This document shows positions 37,401-51,783 of a stretch of DNA of 64,000 nt, one piece after another (the stretch's first letter is position 1; each line of letters begins with the position of its first letter). Position numbers and translations under genes: made by a program. The stretch comes from Ramazzottius varieornatus (Eukaryota > Animalia > Tardigrada), in the NCBI GenBank assembly GCA_001949185.1, contig BDGG01000006.1, positions 1,780,827 through 1,844,826 of the forward strand. Reading direction: 5' to 3'. Under the pieces are notes generated by a model. It ran no database searches, was not told the DNA's origin, and saw only the letters and a list, made by a program, of their open reading frames with translations.

Positions 37401-40400
37401 TACGATTGTGCGTCACTTGGGAAAACGGTCTAGGTGGATTCATTGGCTGACATCCCTATTAATGGGTACTTACGGACGGTAGAGCAGTCGACGGCGTTAC
37501 TAGCGAGTCTCCGACTTCCGTCGATCTCTTGGCCGGTCTCTTTTACGCACCAGCATTCTTGGGCAGAAGCCTTATTCATCAGGAGATCATTACACTGCCG
37601 GGCTATGAAACTTCCGTCGGGCTGGCACTGTGGAACGTACAGTGCTTGGACCATGGAGGCCTTTCGGAAGGGAATCAACCGAGCCATGGCCGTGTTCTGC
37701 ATGTCACAGGCCGACTGGAAGGCACTCGGTAAGCAAACACTGCCACATCCGTTGGAGCAGCACTTTGACGAGAAACCTGGACAATCTTCATCGCTGAGGC
37801 ATTCTTGCGCACAGGTGGAGTGTTCGTCCAGAGCGGGCACTGGACAGTGTCCAAGTTTAACTGGAGTCGGACCTACACAGAAATTTCCAACGGTGGAAAA
37901 GAGTTTACAAAAGACGGTAACATAAATTTAGAAACCACGTAGATTTGTCGAAGTCGTTAAATACATGGAAGTACTGCCCAAATGCCTATTACGACGAAGT
38001 GCAGATTAATTCGGGCATTTTTCTACTGTTTGTCCATAATTATCAGTATAATGGAAGCAGTAAAGGTTTCAGTTTCGATCTAACCGGTCTATCTTCATGT
38101 GGCTTGTCATACCTGTGCACATTTCATCGCAGATCTTCTTGGAGACGAAATTGTTCAAGTTGCCTTCGCATCCGCCCCAGGTGAACTGCTCACACTGGCC
38201 AGTGGCTTTGTTGAAATGCCATCTGGGGAAGGCCGCTCGGCATGGGCCAGTGTCCTTGGGTAGATGGCAGACATCAATACTTTGACGCTGACAACAGACG
38301 CCTTTCTTGAGCTTCTCATCTCGGGTACAGACATGTGTCAGCGGGCACAGCGCACTCTCCGTATGCTCGCTACAGACCACCGTGACATTGCTCTCACCTT
38401 CCGTCAACGGCAGTCCAAAGGCACATGGGCTGGCAACTGTCACGTCTGACCGCGCTGACGCCACGCACGTCGGCACTATCGGACAAGGTCCTTTCAGACA
38501 GTCCAACGTTTCCAGCTGGCAGTCACTGCCGGCTGGACAGGCCATCTTGTCACAAGGGCTGGGTGCACAATCGCACTGCGAACAACCGTTCTCGTCACGG
38601 AGGAAACCAAAGGGGCAGAACATGCGGCATGTCGGCGCACACTGGACAGGGTTCTTGCAGTCGAGAGGTCGTGTGGCCGAGGTTCGGCTGCCGGAGACTT
38701 CCTCGCCGCTCTTGTCCACGCACCAGCATACCCCGTTGAGACATTGTTTCTCGAGGTAGTTCCCTTGAGCGTCGCATTGTGGAATGAAAACGTTCTGGGT
38801 GGCAGTGAACTGCGACCAATAAGCAGCTGTTGCTTGACACGCTGAAAATAAAAAAGACCGATTATTACCCCGTTCGAAGTTTGCGCTCTGTTTGCTGAAT
38901 AAAGCAAGTCAAATCCAGGGGACGTTTTCCTGACGAGTTCGAAAAGTATGGCCGATCAGAATAGAAAACATACGTCCGGTCCATAAGTTCCTATGAAGCT
39001 CTGTCCTGATTTCTATTGCACCAGACCCACTCAGTGTGAGACTCATTCAGTGTCGCTTACCGGTCAATTTGGCAGCAACTGCGGTCGAAGTTTCCTTCTG
39101 ATCGCCGATGGAAGCTTTCGTTACTTGCAGTTCTTTCTGCCGAGTCTCAGGTGAACGAGGTAGGGGACAGCACACGCCGTGGCCTTCGGCGTCCATGGGT
39201 TCACACTTGGTTCGGTCGGGACAAACGTTGGAGAGCATCGTCTGACCACATAGCAGGTAGTCGCCAGTACCGTTAGCGCGAACTGGCGGACCGTGGATGC
39301 AAGGGTGGTCGAGACTACGGCTTTCTTTGCAGGTAGCGATGGGCGGACAGGTAGGAGTACCGCAGTCGAAGTCGAGCAGATTACAACCATTCGGGCAAGC
39401 CAGATCCTACAAAAAATCATAAAAAGTTGACGTTTCATTTTGAGCTGTATTCAAAAGGTATAAATATGTTGTATCAGGACGATTCAAAGCAAAAAGAATG
39501 ACTCGAATACTGAACATCAAACTTCTCAATACCCTCGTTTTACTTCACAACGTGTGGACGGAAATTCAAGTCTGTGTGTCAGGTCGGAAAGCCGCTGTTC
39601 AATTACAGCATTTTTCTACTTCAGATCCTACGGATTTCTTTTATTTATTGAACAAACCTCGCAGGCATCGTAGCAAGCGCAGATCGGACATCCATCGATA
39701 TCAGTCTTCAAGCCTTGCTCGCACTGCAGTTCGCACTGGAGAGTAGCGCACTGCTTTGGCGCTACAACATGCCAGGGAAAGACATTACCAAATCATCATT
39801 ATCCATATGTTCCGGTCACTGGCAAAAGCTCACACAATACGACGATCGTGTGTTCCCACATTTAGCGTCAAGTATTACCTGCGCAGTTGGGTAAGGCGCC
39901 ATTTGTCGTTCTGGTACCGTTCTGTTCGGTACCCGTCAATGGGTCAACGCACCAGCATTTGGTACCGTAACACTGCACTGCTGCGAACAGTCCTGTGGCG
40001 TCGCAGGTGGGCAGAAAGATGCCGGGTATAGCGGCGGCGGCCATGCGTTGTGACTGACAGGCTATAATGTGAAAAACAGACACGACATTATACCCACAAG
40101 TAAACAAATCAACGGTGGGCTTTCTTCCGAGACTGATCAAATGAAGCGCCGAGGAGCTCGTGAAGAAAGAAAAAGGCACACTTACCGGTGACGGCTACGG
40201 GTGACAGACAACGCGCCGTGCAGCCATCGGAGCAGCACTTCGCCTCGCCGTAACAGTCCTGATCCACTTGACACTCTGCCGAGCATTTGGCCACCGTCGT
40301 AGCGTTCACTGATGGACATTGGCCAGGCTTGACCACTGCGAAAAAAAACGTAGAAAAGTGTCGTCTACGGATTTTCCTTTACGCTCCCATATTAGTCCGC

Positions 40401-42360
40401 GCACAAGTTATATCAGCAAGATTTGCAAAACGACCGATGTTCTTTTTCCCAAGGTTCAGCAACGTTTTGTTTTCTGGATGGCGCACACTTATCAGAATAT
40501 AGTATAAGGAACCATCACCAAATTCTGAGTGACGTCACGAGACGAAATTTAGACCTTGTTACAGTAGTACACGAGTAACCAATGGTGTTCGACTGAAGTG
40601 ACGTCATTACGGAATATCTCGTAAATTCGACTTCTTTTCCAAATTTTAATGTGTCTTACCGTTCTCGACGGCTTTGGGACAGCACACGCCGAATTCCTTT
40701 CCAGGTCGGACATTACAGTCGAAACCACCCGGGCACTTGGAGGCTTTGATGTTGGGTAAGAGACTACAAAGAAAGTAGTCTTTTCTGTTGATGTCAACGA
40801 GAGCAGGAAGGCCAGTGGGACAATCCACTTCGTCGATAGCTCGTGCGGCACCTACAATTATAACCAGCGTTGGTGCAATAATTGATGACGTTATAAAAGG
40901 CCAAACGGGGACGAACGATCAGCCACAAATAAACTGGTAACAGTATCCGACAAACGTGTGATAGACCCCATGGTCGATCATCTTACATCGGCTGATCGGT
41001 GGACAGGGATCCTTCACACACGTCACCTCTTCCGTGACACACTTGGCGCTCCTTGGACACTTTATATCCTATAACACGACATCAAATAACCTTATCGTAA
41101 ACAAAGAGCGTTCTCGTTTGGTTATGAATATTAAAGAAAGAATTAGATTTGTTACCTCGCAGGCGTCGTAACACTCGCAGACCGGACAGCCGTCCTTCAT
41201 GATCTTGAAAGCTTGTGGGCACAACATGCGGCATTCTGGATTCGGGCAGATCCTTGGTGCTGAAACCACACAAAAAACCGTCAAGTGAGCCGTTTTATCG
41301 GCAGAGAAACTTTTGAGAGTGCGGTGAAATCGAAGAAGGTTGCTGTAGTACAACTATGCGTGCTCTTTCTACGAGTCTGCATGGAGCCTGGATATATTAT
41401 TTCAGTCACAAACACTACGCGCAGCACGCTTCTGTTTCACAGCAGTACTGGGTTATGACTGTTTTGAAATTTTCCTTCTTGTTCAAGAAATTACCGGAGC
41501 AGTTTATGGGTACTCCAAGTGGCGCTCGAGTGCCTGGGACTTCAAAGCCGGCTTGGTCGACGCACCAGCAGCGCTGTTTGGCTGCGCTGCACTGGATGGG
41601 GGCGAAGGTGCCGTTGAGATCTTCGCATTCTGGGGCGAAGTTTGGCGATGCGTCGATGCTGCGCGCAATCTCTACGGCTACTGCCTTTTGGTATTGACAT
41701 GCTGCGAAGGTGGAAAAGATGGACGAACGCTAATTACTAATCCGTGCATGCGGTTGCTGGCGGTCGCGGAGATGAAAGTAGGAAACGGCGCGAGACACTT
41801 ACCGGTCAGCGCCGGCTGTGGGGGCGCGCAAACCTTCGCTTGGCTCTTGGTCTGACAGCATTTCAGATCGGACGGACATTCGAGATCGCTTGAGCACTTC
41901 TGCATGGTACCCGTGATAAATAACTTTGTGGGCGGGGCGCAAAGACCCTCTTTGGTTTCTACAAAAAGTAAAACAACGTAAGAAATCCTAGAAGACACAT
42001 TTGGGACTTCGGGAAATGATTTCGAACTCCAGTATCGCAAGTGGCGCGCGTTCTTGTTCTTATTGGACACAAGAGTGCGCCACTTAGAAAACCGAACAAA
42101 ACCATTTCCAAGTGGCGCACATTTCCAATGTTACGGGTTGGAAGTCTGCGCCATTTGGGGAAACATCTAGTGCGATTCGCTTAACGGTGTCTCGCGGTAA
42201 AGTTGTTTCTAGTAAAGTTTTTCTACCGTAGAAAAAGGTTAAAATAGGGGAAGATATTACGAGTAACTTTGAACATGTTCCGCTTAATTTTACCTGAAGT
42301 TTGATCGGCATTGATGAAATGTACAAATAACAGTATAAAAATGGATAGGCTGTTCCACAT
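31441..42360 (-). CDS. Large multi-exon single-pass membrane protein with WAP, thyroglobulin type-1, antistasin-like, Cys-rich (lustrin/WR1-like) and ~5 Kunitz domains
   Basis: Signal-peptide exon MWNSLSIFILLFVHFINA (42360-42294). Repeated CWCVD (TY), GPCR..F.YGGC.GN.NNF (Kunitz), KCC..GC (WAP) and C.M.C..GF..D..GC..C.C (antistasin) motifs. TM LLPLLALLALFIVLIVLAGVF|IYRRRK. Last exon 31578-31441 ends ...EHIYETPKENLIY*. Confidence 0.88.
32344..32772. mobile_element. TA-flanked MITE (Tc1/mariner-type) in an intron
   Basis: ~46-bp TIRs CACGCACGATGAGATATTACG(G/A)GCCAGTAAAAATTACGG(A/G)CCAGGC; TA at 32342-32343 and 32773-32774. Confidence 0.9.
34534..34606. repeat. Short intronic minisatellite (GCCAACAGAACACGAAG-type units)
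   Basis: Three to four tandem copies of GCCAACAGAACACG(A/T)AG are visible. Confidence 0.7.
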
Positions 42361-43349
42361 GGTGGAATCCCGCCGTATTGTCGCAATCCCCGTTCTCCAC
42401 ATGTTCTTACGAACGAAGAACCTGACGAAGAAGGACGATGTTGTCGCTATACTTCCATGTGACCAGTCTGCAAGAAAAAGCACCAGAGTCAGTTGGAAGA
42501 AATCTAATTGCCAATGATTATCTCACATTACCACAAGCTTGTATTAGACAATAATGATTCACTTTTCTCTTTTTTTACTTCTTCACACTTTACACTTGAT
42601 CAACACGGCGTTGCAGTCAACCGTCGACGTCTCAAACACGGTAATCAAACACGTCAGCCATTATAAAAGAAACTCTCAGTCATCAATCAAACTATATCCA
42701 CACCAATGATTTTTACATCACGCGTATATACAATCACACAACACGTTTTCAGCCGGGTCTCGTCTACCAAACAGAAACTGGTTAGATGAAAGGAAGATGT
42801 GCGAGAGTGAGGAAGACAAAAGGACGTGAGGGAAGAAAGACACTAGCTTCACGTAATGATGAAAGGAAAGGACGTGGAGCATAATTGTCAAATTGGACAA
42901 CAAGTTGTTGGCGCTCTGTTTAAAGTCAGATGTCAAAGAGATATGCAAACATGGCAAGAGCTTGTAATGGCGATTTGAGATGACCGACAAGTACGAGGAA
43001 CGGTACAACGTCTTGCATAGGATGGCCAGGGGTTCCCTAAGACTGTATAACCGGACTGAAGTATTGAACAACTGGCCGGATAATGTTGAGTAATTATGAC
43101 ACTTGTTGAGTTCTCTTCAGCTGCACCGAGGCGATCCCGCCATCTTGCGCAGCCATGGACCTGCATAAACGCATGATGGGAGTATGGGCTATGGGCAGGC
43201 AACAAGTGGCTCAACTGGTCAACAAGAAGCTCCCCGTCAACGTCGTCACCAACAACCCAATAAACAAACCCAATACATTTCCATAATCGCCACTTCAGAA
43301 ATGAAAACAGCTGTCAAACGTCATGACCATTATTTCCCCGAAACCGTTT

Positions 43350-43472
43350 GGGACGTCGGTAAATGAACTGAGCAAGATCGCTGTCCCCAGTGGCGCACAC
43401 TTGGGTCCAATACAAGAGAATCGTGCGCCACTTGAGATCACATTCGTGTTCCAGTTCATTTGCCGACGTCCC
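43350..43472. mobile_element. Representative copy of a palindromic MITE-like family (outer TIR GGGACGTCGGCAAATGAACT; inner GTGGCGCAC-N24/25-GTGCGCCAC dyad)
   Basis: GGGACGTCGGTAAATGAACTG ... CAGTTCATTTGCCGACGTCCC encloses the dyad at 43390-43431. Related copies lie near 32195, 33700, 37267, 42041, 44188, 53722, 56526, 59590 and 61135. Confidence 0.75.
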
Positions 43473-46239
43473 ATTTCACATTTTAGTTTTTATTATTATT
43501 ACCCTTATAGGTCTCTGTTTAATGCCGGAATTTCGATTTGGGTTTTACGTGTTCCGTACCACCATTGCTTAACGGTAAAGTAAAAGAGGGGACCTGTCGT
43601 TAGTTTCTTACGCAAGTGGAAAATATTACCACGTAGAGCCTTTTTTATCATTCTACTCCATCACGATTATTCCGTAATATTTCAAAAGAGATTACAGCGA
43701 AACTGATGATCGATCACTGAATGAATTAAAAATCTGCCAAGAAAGCTTTTGTTTGGAATTTCCAGGTCGATTGACAACGATTGACGACGATCACATTACC
43801 ATGGACGAACAAGTAAACGATCTACAAGAAGCATTACAAATGAAACGTTCGAGTATTTAAATGAGTAAAAGTGAGTCATACAATAAAATGAAAAACAGAC
43901 AGAGGAACTGCCAGAAAGAAAAGACACAAAACACAAGGAAATCCTGCTCACTGTCCGCAATCAACGATTCAAACTTCCTTATGACAAAAAAACCAAGCCC
44001 TAAACTTGGCCCACTTCCGTGATGGCTTACTTTCTCCTTCATTTCAAAAATACCTGGCAAATGCGTTTTCCCTGCCTAAGTCGAAGAAAAAAATTCTGTT
44101 GAAAATTCCAAGTTTCGGATGAAAATCAGATTTATTCTTTGACATTCCGGACGTGGGCAAATAAATTGAACCAAATCGTTTTCCCAGGTGGCGCACACTT
44201 CCAGCCAATAAACAGGACACCGTGAGCCTCTTGGGATGACGATATGGCTCAGTTCGTTGGCCCGCGCCCCATTTCTGACATTTAGCTGTGGGAAAATTCA
44301 GTAGAGTACAAGGTGAAGGTCTTCGATACCTTCATACCGCTGAGAGAACCCTTTTCCTCCTCAAGATAAACAAACAGTGATGTCGTAACAATACGACCCC
44401 GCATATTTCAATGGCGGTGGAATGTCATCGCTATTATTACCAAGTTCACCGTCAGAAAATAATCACAGCAGTTCGGAACGCACGATTGCGCGACATAAGT
44501 TGTCACAGCATCATTTTCGCAGCTTGACCTACAAATTTCACCAGAAAATTATCACCTTCGCGGAAGAGGAAAAACTCGACGACAATTCGGCACTCATGTT
44601 TTTTTCTCATCGAAGGCCAAAAATGGCTTGATCGAAAAGAACTCGGGATTCTTTTTTGTGGAAATGTTTCCTGACAGGCGTGAGAAAAATCAGTGTTCGG
44701 TTGAATACATGTCAGTTGTTGATTTTTATGTAGATTGTATACGTCTGATACCGTTCCATCACGATGGGTCAACTACACTACTATCGCATGCATCATTGTT
44801 CATCTGACGAAGAACACAAAAAATTGCCCGGTCTTGCTTGGTACACATGCGATATGCGGACACCCAAGCAGATCGTGAAATGCTGAGGACTAAGGAGCCA
44901 TGGCTAAATGCGGATGATGCCATTTACCGTGCGATAAAGTAAAGAGCATTAGCTTCCGTTTCACACCAGCCAGCGCACTATCACTCAAGCTTTACATTTT
45001 CCATAAAAAAAAACAACCGGTGCACCCCGGATAAGTCCTAAGCAGCTTCCCACACACGGCGCCAGCTCACTTCAATCAAGAGCGAAAATTCCCATGGACC
45101 GTTCATCAACTCGAAAACCCAGTGCGGTACTTCAAAATAGAAACCAAGGTAATTTTGTACCGACTTAAAGCCGGAAAATACCCGGTTTCTACCCAAGTGT
45201 CTCTTATTTGACCGCAACAGCGTTCTCAAATTCAAGAATAAAAACCGGGGACCTTATGATCATCCACCATGCTAAAGATATTCGTTCTCTGACCGGAACG
45301 TCTTATGGAACCAGGTCCAGAAAATGAAGTGTGAAAGCGTACCTTCGAGATTCGAATTTCCTGGACAGGTACGGATTTAGGCAATCGTCCAGCGATGCCA
45401 GGGAGGAAGTGTTAATGTATTAGTCCACAGCAAAATTTCCTGGAGTAGTTTCTGTAACGATAAAAATTACACAGCCACAGGAGATAAACTTCAAACGGGT
45501 AAAACTCGTACAGAAAACGAAAAGCTCAGCTTTGCACGTAAGGCATAATTCTGAAGCCTTATTATAAGTATGTCAAGAGATTTTGGTCGTGCTTCGAGTA
45601 CAGTACCGCGGGTATACAGCACATCAGTCAGACAAGTGCCAAGAGATTGTGGTCAAGCTGCATCGTTATGCGTAGTGCCCAATCTCGTTGTAATACCACG
45701 CCACTTTGGTCTTGAACAAACGCGTTCCTCCGCCCTGCCGGTACTCATTGGTCCAAAAGCGCGGCTTTACCAGCGTGACTAAAACAGACACAAAACATTC
45801 AGCGTACATCCGCGACCGTCTTGGCATCTGGCGGTCGTAAAACACCAAAAACATCACGCTTTTGTGATGTAAGCTTCTTCTTTATCACTGGAAATCTGTG
45901 ATCAATACATCCGAAGGCTCACCTTACCGATCCTTGACGTTGCATAATATCCAGACTCATGGATTTCGGAAGTCTCCGACAGCCCTGCGCAATCAGTTTA
46001 AAAGTGTGGCCAAAAAGCGCACTAACCAAGAGGAGTCATACCACGCTATAACAGAACGTTTTTTGTCTGGGTTTTTCTCATTTGAAAATATCGTACAATA
46101 ATATAAAAGTGTCACCTAAGTCGAATTTTCAACAATCGGTTATGTCGATAATATTACGGTCAAGTCGGAATAATTCTTTATTGTTGGGAAATTCATCGTG
46201 CCTGGCTATCTTCCGATGGTACAAATGACAAGGAAGCAG

Positions 46240-47984
46240 GTCTAAAAGAGTGGCGACACAGCCATGCATATGCACTGTTCAACATCTATTTGACGAATCC
46301 GCCGATCTTGCCCACTCAACGACAAGCGAAAAAGCGCCACCTTGTAGCATTCGGAAACAGCAAATATTTGTCGGTGGTCGTTCCCGCCATTCAAGTCACG
46401 CTCAAAGCAGCAGTGTAAACAGCAGGATTCGAAAATGGAAGAAACCGAAATGGACATTTGTACCTGCCGTTCAAAAGTCCAATGGCCTTATTCCCGTAGT
46501 CGACACTGTCCATCTCCACAAAAGCGAACGGTCTCAACCCATGACCCAGAGTCATCTTTCCGAAATGCAGTTTCGCCCGTCGAAAAAACAACTGTACCAC
46601 TGACAAAGACCATTGTGGCACATCATCCACCCTCGTGTTGTTCTTGACTGTCACGAACAGACTGGTTTGTCCCTTTCCGCGCCGATGTTTTGGAGCTTTC
46701 TGATGACGGGTGTTGGTCTTGATACAAGGAATGGCATGGTTCGATCTGACGGATAGAGCATCTTTCGACTCGCTGTAAAAACAGAGTTATATCGTTTGTA
46801 ATCTAGTAAGCACATCAAATCTTCGAGTCTCACTGTCTGTGGTTCTTCGAGAAGAACGAACGGCAGGACGGTGAAGGGAACTTGCTCGACGACGCTGATG
46901 AGGTTAGTATGCCCTTTTCAGCGCCAGTGGCTCGTTCTCGGGCCGCGTCAACCATCGACGCATTGATGGTGCGATCTTCCGGGTCCTGGTCGCCGGAAGA
47001 AAGGACAGGCCGTTGTGTCGCCTTAGGACGCGGGCTGGTTCTCCCTTCCAGCTTAATCGATGCTTCGTGTGTTGTGACATCCAAATGCAGCTTGTAGTTG
47101 CCATTCTCCATCGACACTTTTCCCCATACCTTCATCGACTCGATGGAACAGTGCATCTTCTTGAACACATCCTCAGGACCTAACGACTCTGGAAAGCCAG
47201 TACGAGGTAAAGGACATGGAGTTTTCCAGTGGAAAATTCGGACATGGAAATTTCCAAACTGCGGTGTAGGGTGGCACCACAATATCTGACTGTTTTGTCA
47301 CGTGACGTAAGTCTCCGTAAAAGACTACACAAGCGCCTCTTCAGGCCTACGTTTTATTTCTTGTCCAGGCTCTTCAACATTGGATTTTATCCTGTCTCCT
47401 GCAGACCTTCCTTTCTCACCTTTGCACCGTCAAATGACTCGGAAGACGGCTTGGCTATGATCAGAAAGACTTTCTCTATTGACTGACTTACCGTACGACG
47501 CAATCTGACCAGCAGCTACGTTAAAACAACCTGGAAATTTTCATGTCCGAAATTCTCACTGGAAAACTCCATGTCCTTTACCTCGTAACGAAACATAATG
47601 TACCCATAAAGCTGAATCGTATATTGAGGGAGTGAGTCTTACGAGAATGCGACGGATATAAAACTGCAAAGATCCTGCATGTTCACGGCGGGATGAAAGG
47701 AGGAAATCTTGCGAAGAGAGTGCAGGACAGCCTCATCCATGGTGGCTTGGTCAGCGATCTCGGTATGTGTTTTGTGGACGAAACGCCGTCCGCTGGTCAG
47801 GCTGACGAATGTACCCGTCGCTTCCATCGAATGGAACCACTCTTGACAACATGACGCGACGACGTCCAGAACGTTATAGACCGTCGGTTCTTTGTTCTTT
47901 TCCTGTACAACCTGCAGCGCAACTGGCATGCATGAGTTTGTCGATCCATTCCAACATTGGTACCTCGATCTTATCCGCCGGCAT
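46240..47984 (-). pseudogene. WH-RRM family paralogue A (pseudogene)
   Basis: Homologous exon 1 (MPVALQ..EPTVYNVL..MDEAVLHSLRK..) with a CATG-duplication frameshift near 47930; 'SMKVWGKV..NGNYKL'; RRM 'PFAFVEMDSVDYGNKAIGLLNGR'; MITE at the intron-1 acceptor; no RS exon found. Confidence 0.75.
47203..47585. mobile_element. Mariner-type MITE, TA-flanked
   Basis: ~54-bp TIRs CGAGGTAAAGGACATGGAGTTTTCCAGTG...GGACATG(G/A)AAATTTCCA; TA at both ends. Confidence 0.9.
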
Positions 47985-48762
47985 GGCTGGCTGAGATCGT
48001 CCTAACGGTCCGATACATCCGACCACAGCGTCCGACCACAACGTTTTCGCTCCTTCGGTGTGAGGAAAAAATCAAATGTGATCAAAACCAGTCGTTAACG
48101 GTGACATTGAACGCACTGTAACGTGTAAACCAAGATTTGTGTGCCTGAGCCCTGAGAACTAGGCGATGAGGCTCCGGACAATCTGTTTACTTGCACCGTA
48201 TTCTCACTGACTTTCGGCGAAATAGCCCAAACAAAGTGGTGTCGGCATCCTAAGATGGGATCAGTTGGTCATTAGAGCAGAGCGAGCGGTTTCGGTACTA
48301 AATGTGACCAGGACCAGAAGAGCGCGGCAAAGACGACGCATATGCGCTAATTGGCAATTTGGCATTTAGGATGTTATGGGAATCTCAGGCGGTATTCTTG
48401 AGGTCTAAACTGTGGGGGAAAATAAGACCAACGCACACAAACCAAAGGCAGCTGGATGAAGTACCATGTAGCTCCTCTCAGACCAACTTGGTCTTGGAGG
48501 ATCCACGGAGGGGAACGGTCGGCAGAAAGACAATTATGCCTTTAAATGGGCTGTATATCATGCAAGCGACAGTAATAAGGCTCGCGTTCATGGCGACGGG
48601 AAATATCGGGCTGGCGCTATATTGAGTTTCGTACTGAGTGGTCACAAGAAAAGGCAGACCGTCCAGTAAATGCTCGAATTATATCATGTGAGCAACATTG
48701 ATGCGGGACAAAACGCTTACAATTCACGGCATTTGGAAAACTGAACTACTGTAAAAAACATA

Positions 48763-50042
48763 CAGGGCGCTCCCTATAAGTTGGAACGACTTCAAACGCA
48801 GATAAAAAAATCGATATTCAACCGATTTGATTGATTCCCAAATCAGCTGATTGGAAATTTTATGGGCTTTCTTTCTATCGGTTTCGTTTTCTCTCAAAAT
48901 TGAACATGTCTTCTCCGATCTCTGAAGACCTTGGAGTCCGTATTTTGGCTCTGAGGAGAATGAAATGCAGTTGCAGCATGACAGTGAAAACTCTGATGAA
49001 GGAGGGGTGTAGCTTGGCAAAATCTACAGTGTCTAGAGTATGGAAGAGCGTCGGGAGCGAAGCCTGTAAATAATCACCGGCGAAGATTGAGAAGAGGAAA
49101 CCTCGGACATCGGCTATTAGGACCCCAACCAAAATCCGAAAAATTGCCGACCTTTACTCGAGCGACAATCCTGTTCCCCAAAGATCGATGGCAGCCAAGG
49201 TAGGAGTCTGTCTTCATACGGTTAACACCATCATTCATACGGATCTCGGTGCAAAAGTGCGGAAAAAGGCTAAAGTCCATTACCTGACCGAGAAAGCCAA
49301 GAAGGAAAGACCGTGCCCGGCACTTCCACAAATTCATCTCCGAAAATCTCGAATACATCTTGACGATGGATGAAGCTATGCTTCCGCTGGACTTCAAGAA
49401 CGGATTTTGTTTACTCGTACTTGTCGAAACAAAATGTTGAAGAGGGTCGGGTTGTATTTCCCCTCAGTAAGATCCCCCTCATTCCCCCTTCAGCGTATGT
49501 TTGCAGCTGGATTTTCGTACCGTGGACAGACTCGCCTCTACGCTATTCCCAGGAAACCCAAGGTCAATGCCGAAGAATTCATCCGAATGGTCTTGAAGCC
49601 TATGTTCGATTTTGATGTACCAAATTTGTACGGAGCTGATGCGCACAAAGTCATCCTCCACATGGATAGTGACCCTTCCCATACCGCCAGAAATACCGTC
49701 GAATGGCTCCGAAGCCAAGGAATCAAGTTCATAACGAAGGCAGAGTGGTTGGCGAGTAGTCCAAACGTGTCTACGATGTACTTCTTCACCAACGGCTACC
49801 TCAAGAAAAAACTTTCCCACCGAAAGTACTCCACCGAAGTCGGCATGATCAAGGCTGCAAAAGACGAGTACAAGAAAACCGCTTTGGAGATATTTAGAAA
49901 CTCATCTCGATTCTTGGCCTCCTCGAGTTCCGGCTATTTATAAGGCCAAGGGCCCGCAAGCTCCAAAATATTAGGATAAGATCACCACCGGGTATTTTTC
50001 TGTTCGCGCTCAAAATCGTTCCAACTTATAGGGAACACCTCG
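48763..50042 (+). mobile_element. Decayed Tc1/mariner-superfamily element, DD37D (maT)-type transposase pseudogene
   Basis: TA-flanked ~27-bp TIRs (..TCCCTATAAGTTGGAACGA). Frameshifted transposase ~48907-49975 with TMDEA, LHMDSDPSHTA and SSPNVSTMYF. The third Asp position lies 37 residues after the second D but reads Tyr. Confidence 0.88.
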
Positions 50043-50384
50043 TAAAGATTATTCCGCCAGTTTGCTGATTAGTTTTAATCGCGAATGTCGCCGGAAACCA
50101 AGTTTGGTCCGCAAAACACACTTGCTAAAATAATATATTTGGTCATTGACCAAGGCAAACACTACAAAATGGGTCCGATTTCGGATCCCGCAATTCGGTT
50201 TCCAGAAACAATTTCCTGTCTATGTCGTAGTGTTACGTATACGTGGTAGTCTCGTCATCCGCCCACTTGACGATCAGCCAGAAAACGCAACCTTGCTGCA
50301 ACCTAAAAAACAAGTCTCGGTGTGGAAACTAAAAATACAGATCTGCCGGCTCTGCTCAGGAGACGAAAATCCGAACATACTTTT

Positions 50385-51150
50385 CGTTCAGATTTTCGAT
50401 AACCGTCTTCCCATCCAGAAAGTTGTTCATCGTCACGAAAGCGTACGGCTTGCCTTTACGGCCCATGGTTATCTTCCGAATGGCAGCCTCGTTCTAAGAA
50501 AAACCGACCGCAGTAATGCGAAAACCATTGCACCTTTCCCGGTGCTTTCAAAGCCTTTTCGTATGGTGACAAACAGATCCAAATTGCAACTCTCTGCTTT
50601 GGATCTCTTGCCGGAAGATTTAGCAGCCGGCGAATCAGAGCCGGTACTTCCCAGTTCAGATTCAACGCTGGAAGAATCTCGACGTACTCTGTAGAGAAAG
50701 ACCTTGTAAACCAACCAAAGCTCGCAAAATCACCACAAAAGGCTAGATATCTCAAAGTGTAATCGCACCTTTTGCGCTTCCTCAAAAAAGATAACGGAGA
50801 GGACGGCGATCCTCTGTCGGATGAGGATTCCGAGCCGACAAGTTCACCCTCTTCAGTCTCGCTCACTTCCGGGATGCTGGTGCCCTCTACCGGCGTATTC
50901 GCCATAGCACTCTTCACGCAGCGATCTGAAAATTCTGGACCGGCCACATCATCAGGCGCAAGTTCAGGTGGATTCTCCAACACCAGCTGAGATTCTGTAG
51001 AAGCTGCTTTGCCCATGCTTTCTGGCTTCTTCTCCATAGGATGCGATGGCAACTTGTAGCCGTTTTCCATCAGTACCCTTCCCCACGCCTTCATCGATTC
51101 GATGGAACATCTCGAAGACATCATCCGCACTAAGCGGTTTCGGAAATCTA
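50385..51150 (-). pseudogene. WH-RRM family paralogue E (fragmentary pseudogene)
   Basis: RFPKPLSADDVF../CSIESMKAWGRVLMENGYKL and RRM remnant KPYAFVTMNNFLDGKTVIENLN, with frameshifts and stops. Confidence 0.7.
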
Positions 51151-51783
51151 AAATCAAGAGGAGTCTCTACAACATAAAATAGAGTAAAAAATAAAATAGA
51201 TTGAAATAGAATAGCCAACAATCTCCGACAGAAGCTTTTCGTAATTCTCAATGCCGTTTTTTGCCATGACCGATATCGACAACTTTGTCCACGTCGCAGT
51301 AAAAGGTCCAGGAGAAACAGTTATGAACTATCCAGGCTGAGAAAGGAACCGTTACCGATGGTAAACAGAGTGTACGCTTTACTCGTAAAATATCCGCATC
51401 ACTGAGCGGTAACAGTGATTTTTTTGCATACATCTTTCCTTCTTGTGTCCGAGGATAACAGTCTGGGTAAGACATGGTCTGGGTCAAGTGGCTTTGGCCT
51501 TGCCTGGTACAAAGCACGATTTGGTGCCGGAAGGCATGACCTATCATCCAGACCGACAGACAATCCATCCATAACAAATCAACTTATCACAAGCGACCAG
51601 AGCAATTTGGGTGTGATGATTGGCATTGGTTGGATGGGTGACTATGGTGCCTGGTGGCGTCATCCTGCCAATTATCGTGAGAGCTACACCGGGATGTCAA
51701 CTTCAGGAGTCTGAAATGAACAGTATAATCCCAGACCACGTACCAGCAAGCAACAATTTGTTTCATTTCGTTGCAATCTTTCG

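Noticed and set aside
31688-41855. Numerous + strand ORFs (e.g. 31688-32434, 34674-35306, 36091-36570)
   Set aside because: They are antisense shadows of the Cys-rich exons of the minus-strand Kunitz/TY gene and have no recognisable domains.
43211-43300. Hydrophobic minus-strand stretch (GDYGNVLGLFIGLLVTTLTGSFLLTS*) as first exon of the Kunitz gene
   Set aside because: It ends in a stop, and a proper signal-peptide exon exists at 42360. It may be the last exon of another gene, but no upstream exons could be supported.
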